From NCBI GenBank assembly GCA_003427395.1, contig BFEA01000003.1, positions 6,674,189 to 6,738,188 on the forward strand: 64,000 bases of DNA, read 5' to 3'. Positions 62,320 to 64,000 of this stretch are shown piece by piece (position 1 is the stretch's first letter; the number at the start of each line of letters is the position of its first letter). A model generated the notes under the pieces. The model searched no databases, was not told where the DNA came from, and was given only the letters and a program-made list of their open reading frames with translations. The position numbers and the translations under genes were made by a program. Origin of the DNA: Chara braunii (lineage: Eukaryota; Plantae; Charophyceae).

Positions 62320-62374
62320 TTCCTGTTCCTGTTGTTGTCGTTGTTGCTGTTGCTGCTCCTGCTGCTGCTGCTGG

Positions 62375-62405
<31 letters not shown>

Positions 62406-62460
62406 GGTGTTGGTGGTGTTGTTGGTGTTGTTGGTGTTGTTGGTGTTGTTGGTGTTGGAA
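62320..62460. repeat. Compound (GTT/GCT/GGT)n trinucleotide repeat
   Basis: Direct reading. Confidence 0.95.
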
Positions 62461-63139
62461 GAGGCATCTTCAGTTTTTTTAACACAGCTTTGACAGAGAG
62501 TTTGTACACTTTGATGAGTGAGAATTTGAGAAATCAGCGGTGGTTATACCACTTCCTGGTCTGTGTTGTACATTACTTCCTCCTTTTGTATTGGTTTTCG
62601 GGTGATGAACAGTGGTCTACATATAACAGGCCAAGGCAAGTCGGGGTCAAAACGTCTGATTTGCAGTGTGTTAAAAAATAATAAATTAATAATAATAATA
62701 ATAAAAGGGTCTTAAAGACTCTTAATTGCAGTTGAAAAAAAAAAAAAAAAAGGGTCTGAAAGACTCTGAAATTCTGAATTGCATTTGAGCCTTGAGGCAG
62801 TCAAAACCCACTGGAGCTCGAGAATTGAGGTACTTAGAGGCAGCACAGTTGTTTTGGTATATATAAATATTACAAAATAATAAAATGCAGTAGGAAGGCC
62901 GAGTGAGGGCATACTGAGAGACGAGGAATTTTTGTATTCAGCTCTGGACGTTATTGGGCCCAGATTCATCCAAGCCAGGCCCTAAGTGCAGTCAGATACA
63001 CTTCGGAAAGTTCTAGGGTGAGTATGCCCTCCCTCAGATAGTAAGTCCTCTTTCAGGAGCAATACATCCTAGTATCTGGGAACGGTCACTGTGCTATGCT
63101 TGAGATTATCATTCAAAGAATTTCACTGGGCTTGAGATT

Positions 63140-63620
63140 GTCAGCAGATAGTCTCAAATAGTCTGCACAAAGTGATTATCTCAATTTATCTGCAGATAGC
63201 CTGCAAATAGTCATCCCCTGCAGATAGTCTGCATATAGTGATTATCCGCAGATTGACTGCAGATAGTCTGCATATAGTGATTATCTGCAGATAGTCTGCA
63301 TATAGTCTGTAGATAGTCTGTAGATAGTCTGTAGATAGTCTGTAGATAGTCTGTAGATAGTTTCCAGATAGTGATTATCTGCAAAACCTCAGACACTCTG
63401 GAGATAATTTGCAGATAGTCTGCAGATAGTCTGCAGAAAGTGGTTATCAGCCGATAGTCTGCAGATAGTCTGCAGATAGTCTGCAGATAGTCTGTAGATA
63501 GTTTGCAGATAGTGAGTATCTGAGGACTTAGATAGTCTGGAGATAGTTTGCAGATAGGCTGCAGATAATCACTATGCTTTAAGGATAGCTGAGATTCTTC
63601 GAGATTATCTGCAGACTGTG
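63140..63620. repeat. 11-bp minisatellite CTG(C/T)AGATAGT
   Basis: Dozens of tandem units with interspersed GATTAT spacers. Confidence 0.92.
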
Positions 63621-64000
63621 CTCCTGGAGAGGAACTTGAGCGCAGAACATAATGCATATGCATTATATTCGAGGTTCATGAAAAAAAATTGAATAGAATG
63701 CATATGCGTTGTATTCGAAATTTCGGGCTAATCGAATAGGACGCACCCTATGCGTTGTATTCGTTTACAGCGCATATGCGTTATGTTTGGGGGAAGAAGG
63801 TAGCGAGGGGATACCCCTGGGGCAGTAGGCTGCTACAGCAAAGCTAAGTTTTTTTCTCAGATAAAAAAAGAAGCACCTTAAACAACCAGATTACAATGAG
63901 CCTCTTGAAGGGCCGCAGGAACTTCATCTTTTTGCAAATACGAAAAAAAAAGAATTAAGAAAAAAGAAATAAAAGAATGAGATTCTAAAAAAAAAAAAAA

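Noticed and set aside
63211-63663. 150-aa repeat ORF
   Set aside because: It is the translation of the 11-bp minisatellite.

Overview
Repeat-saturated eukaryotic DNA from a draft assembly with N gaps. TE protein style and composition resemble a charophyte alga such as Chara, but that is inference. No intact host gene was found. The window holds four decayed minus-strand Ty3/gypsy chromoviruses: A 13102-29602, B nested in A at 19182-28253, C 34995-44001 and D ~51240-58720. It also holds three solo LTRs with target-site duplications (TSDs), a PIF/Harbinger remnant, LINE and gag fragments, several MITE-like inverted-repeat elements and micro/minisatellites. There are three tRNA-derived Pol III retroposon families: a ~710-bp SINE in two copies, a ~500-bp SINE, and a 271-bp tRNA-like unit in 3.3 tandem copies inserted as one event with an A tail and a 15-bp TSD (33656-34555). 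The last is the most unusual feature. Just upstream lies a decayed long ORF with a zinc finger, a possible papain/Josephin-like His motif and a Cys cluster. The 7059-10968 copy of element B ends in a Nextera junction adapter and is probably an assembly artefact.
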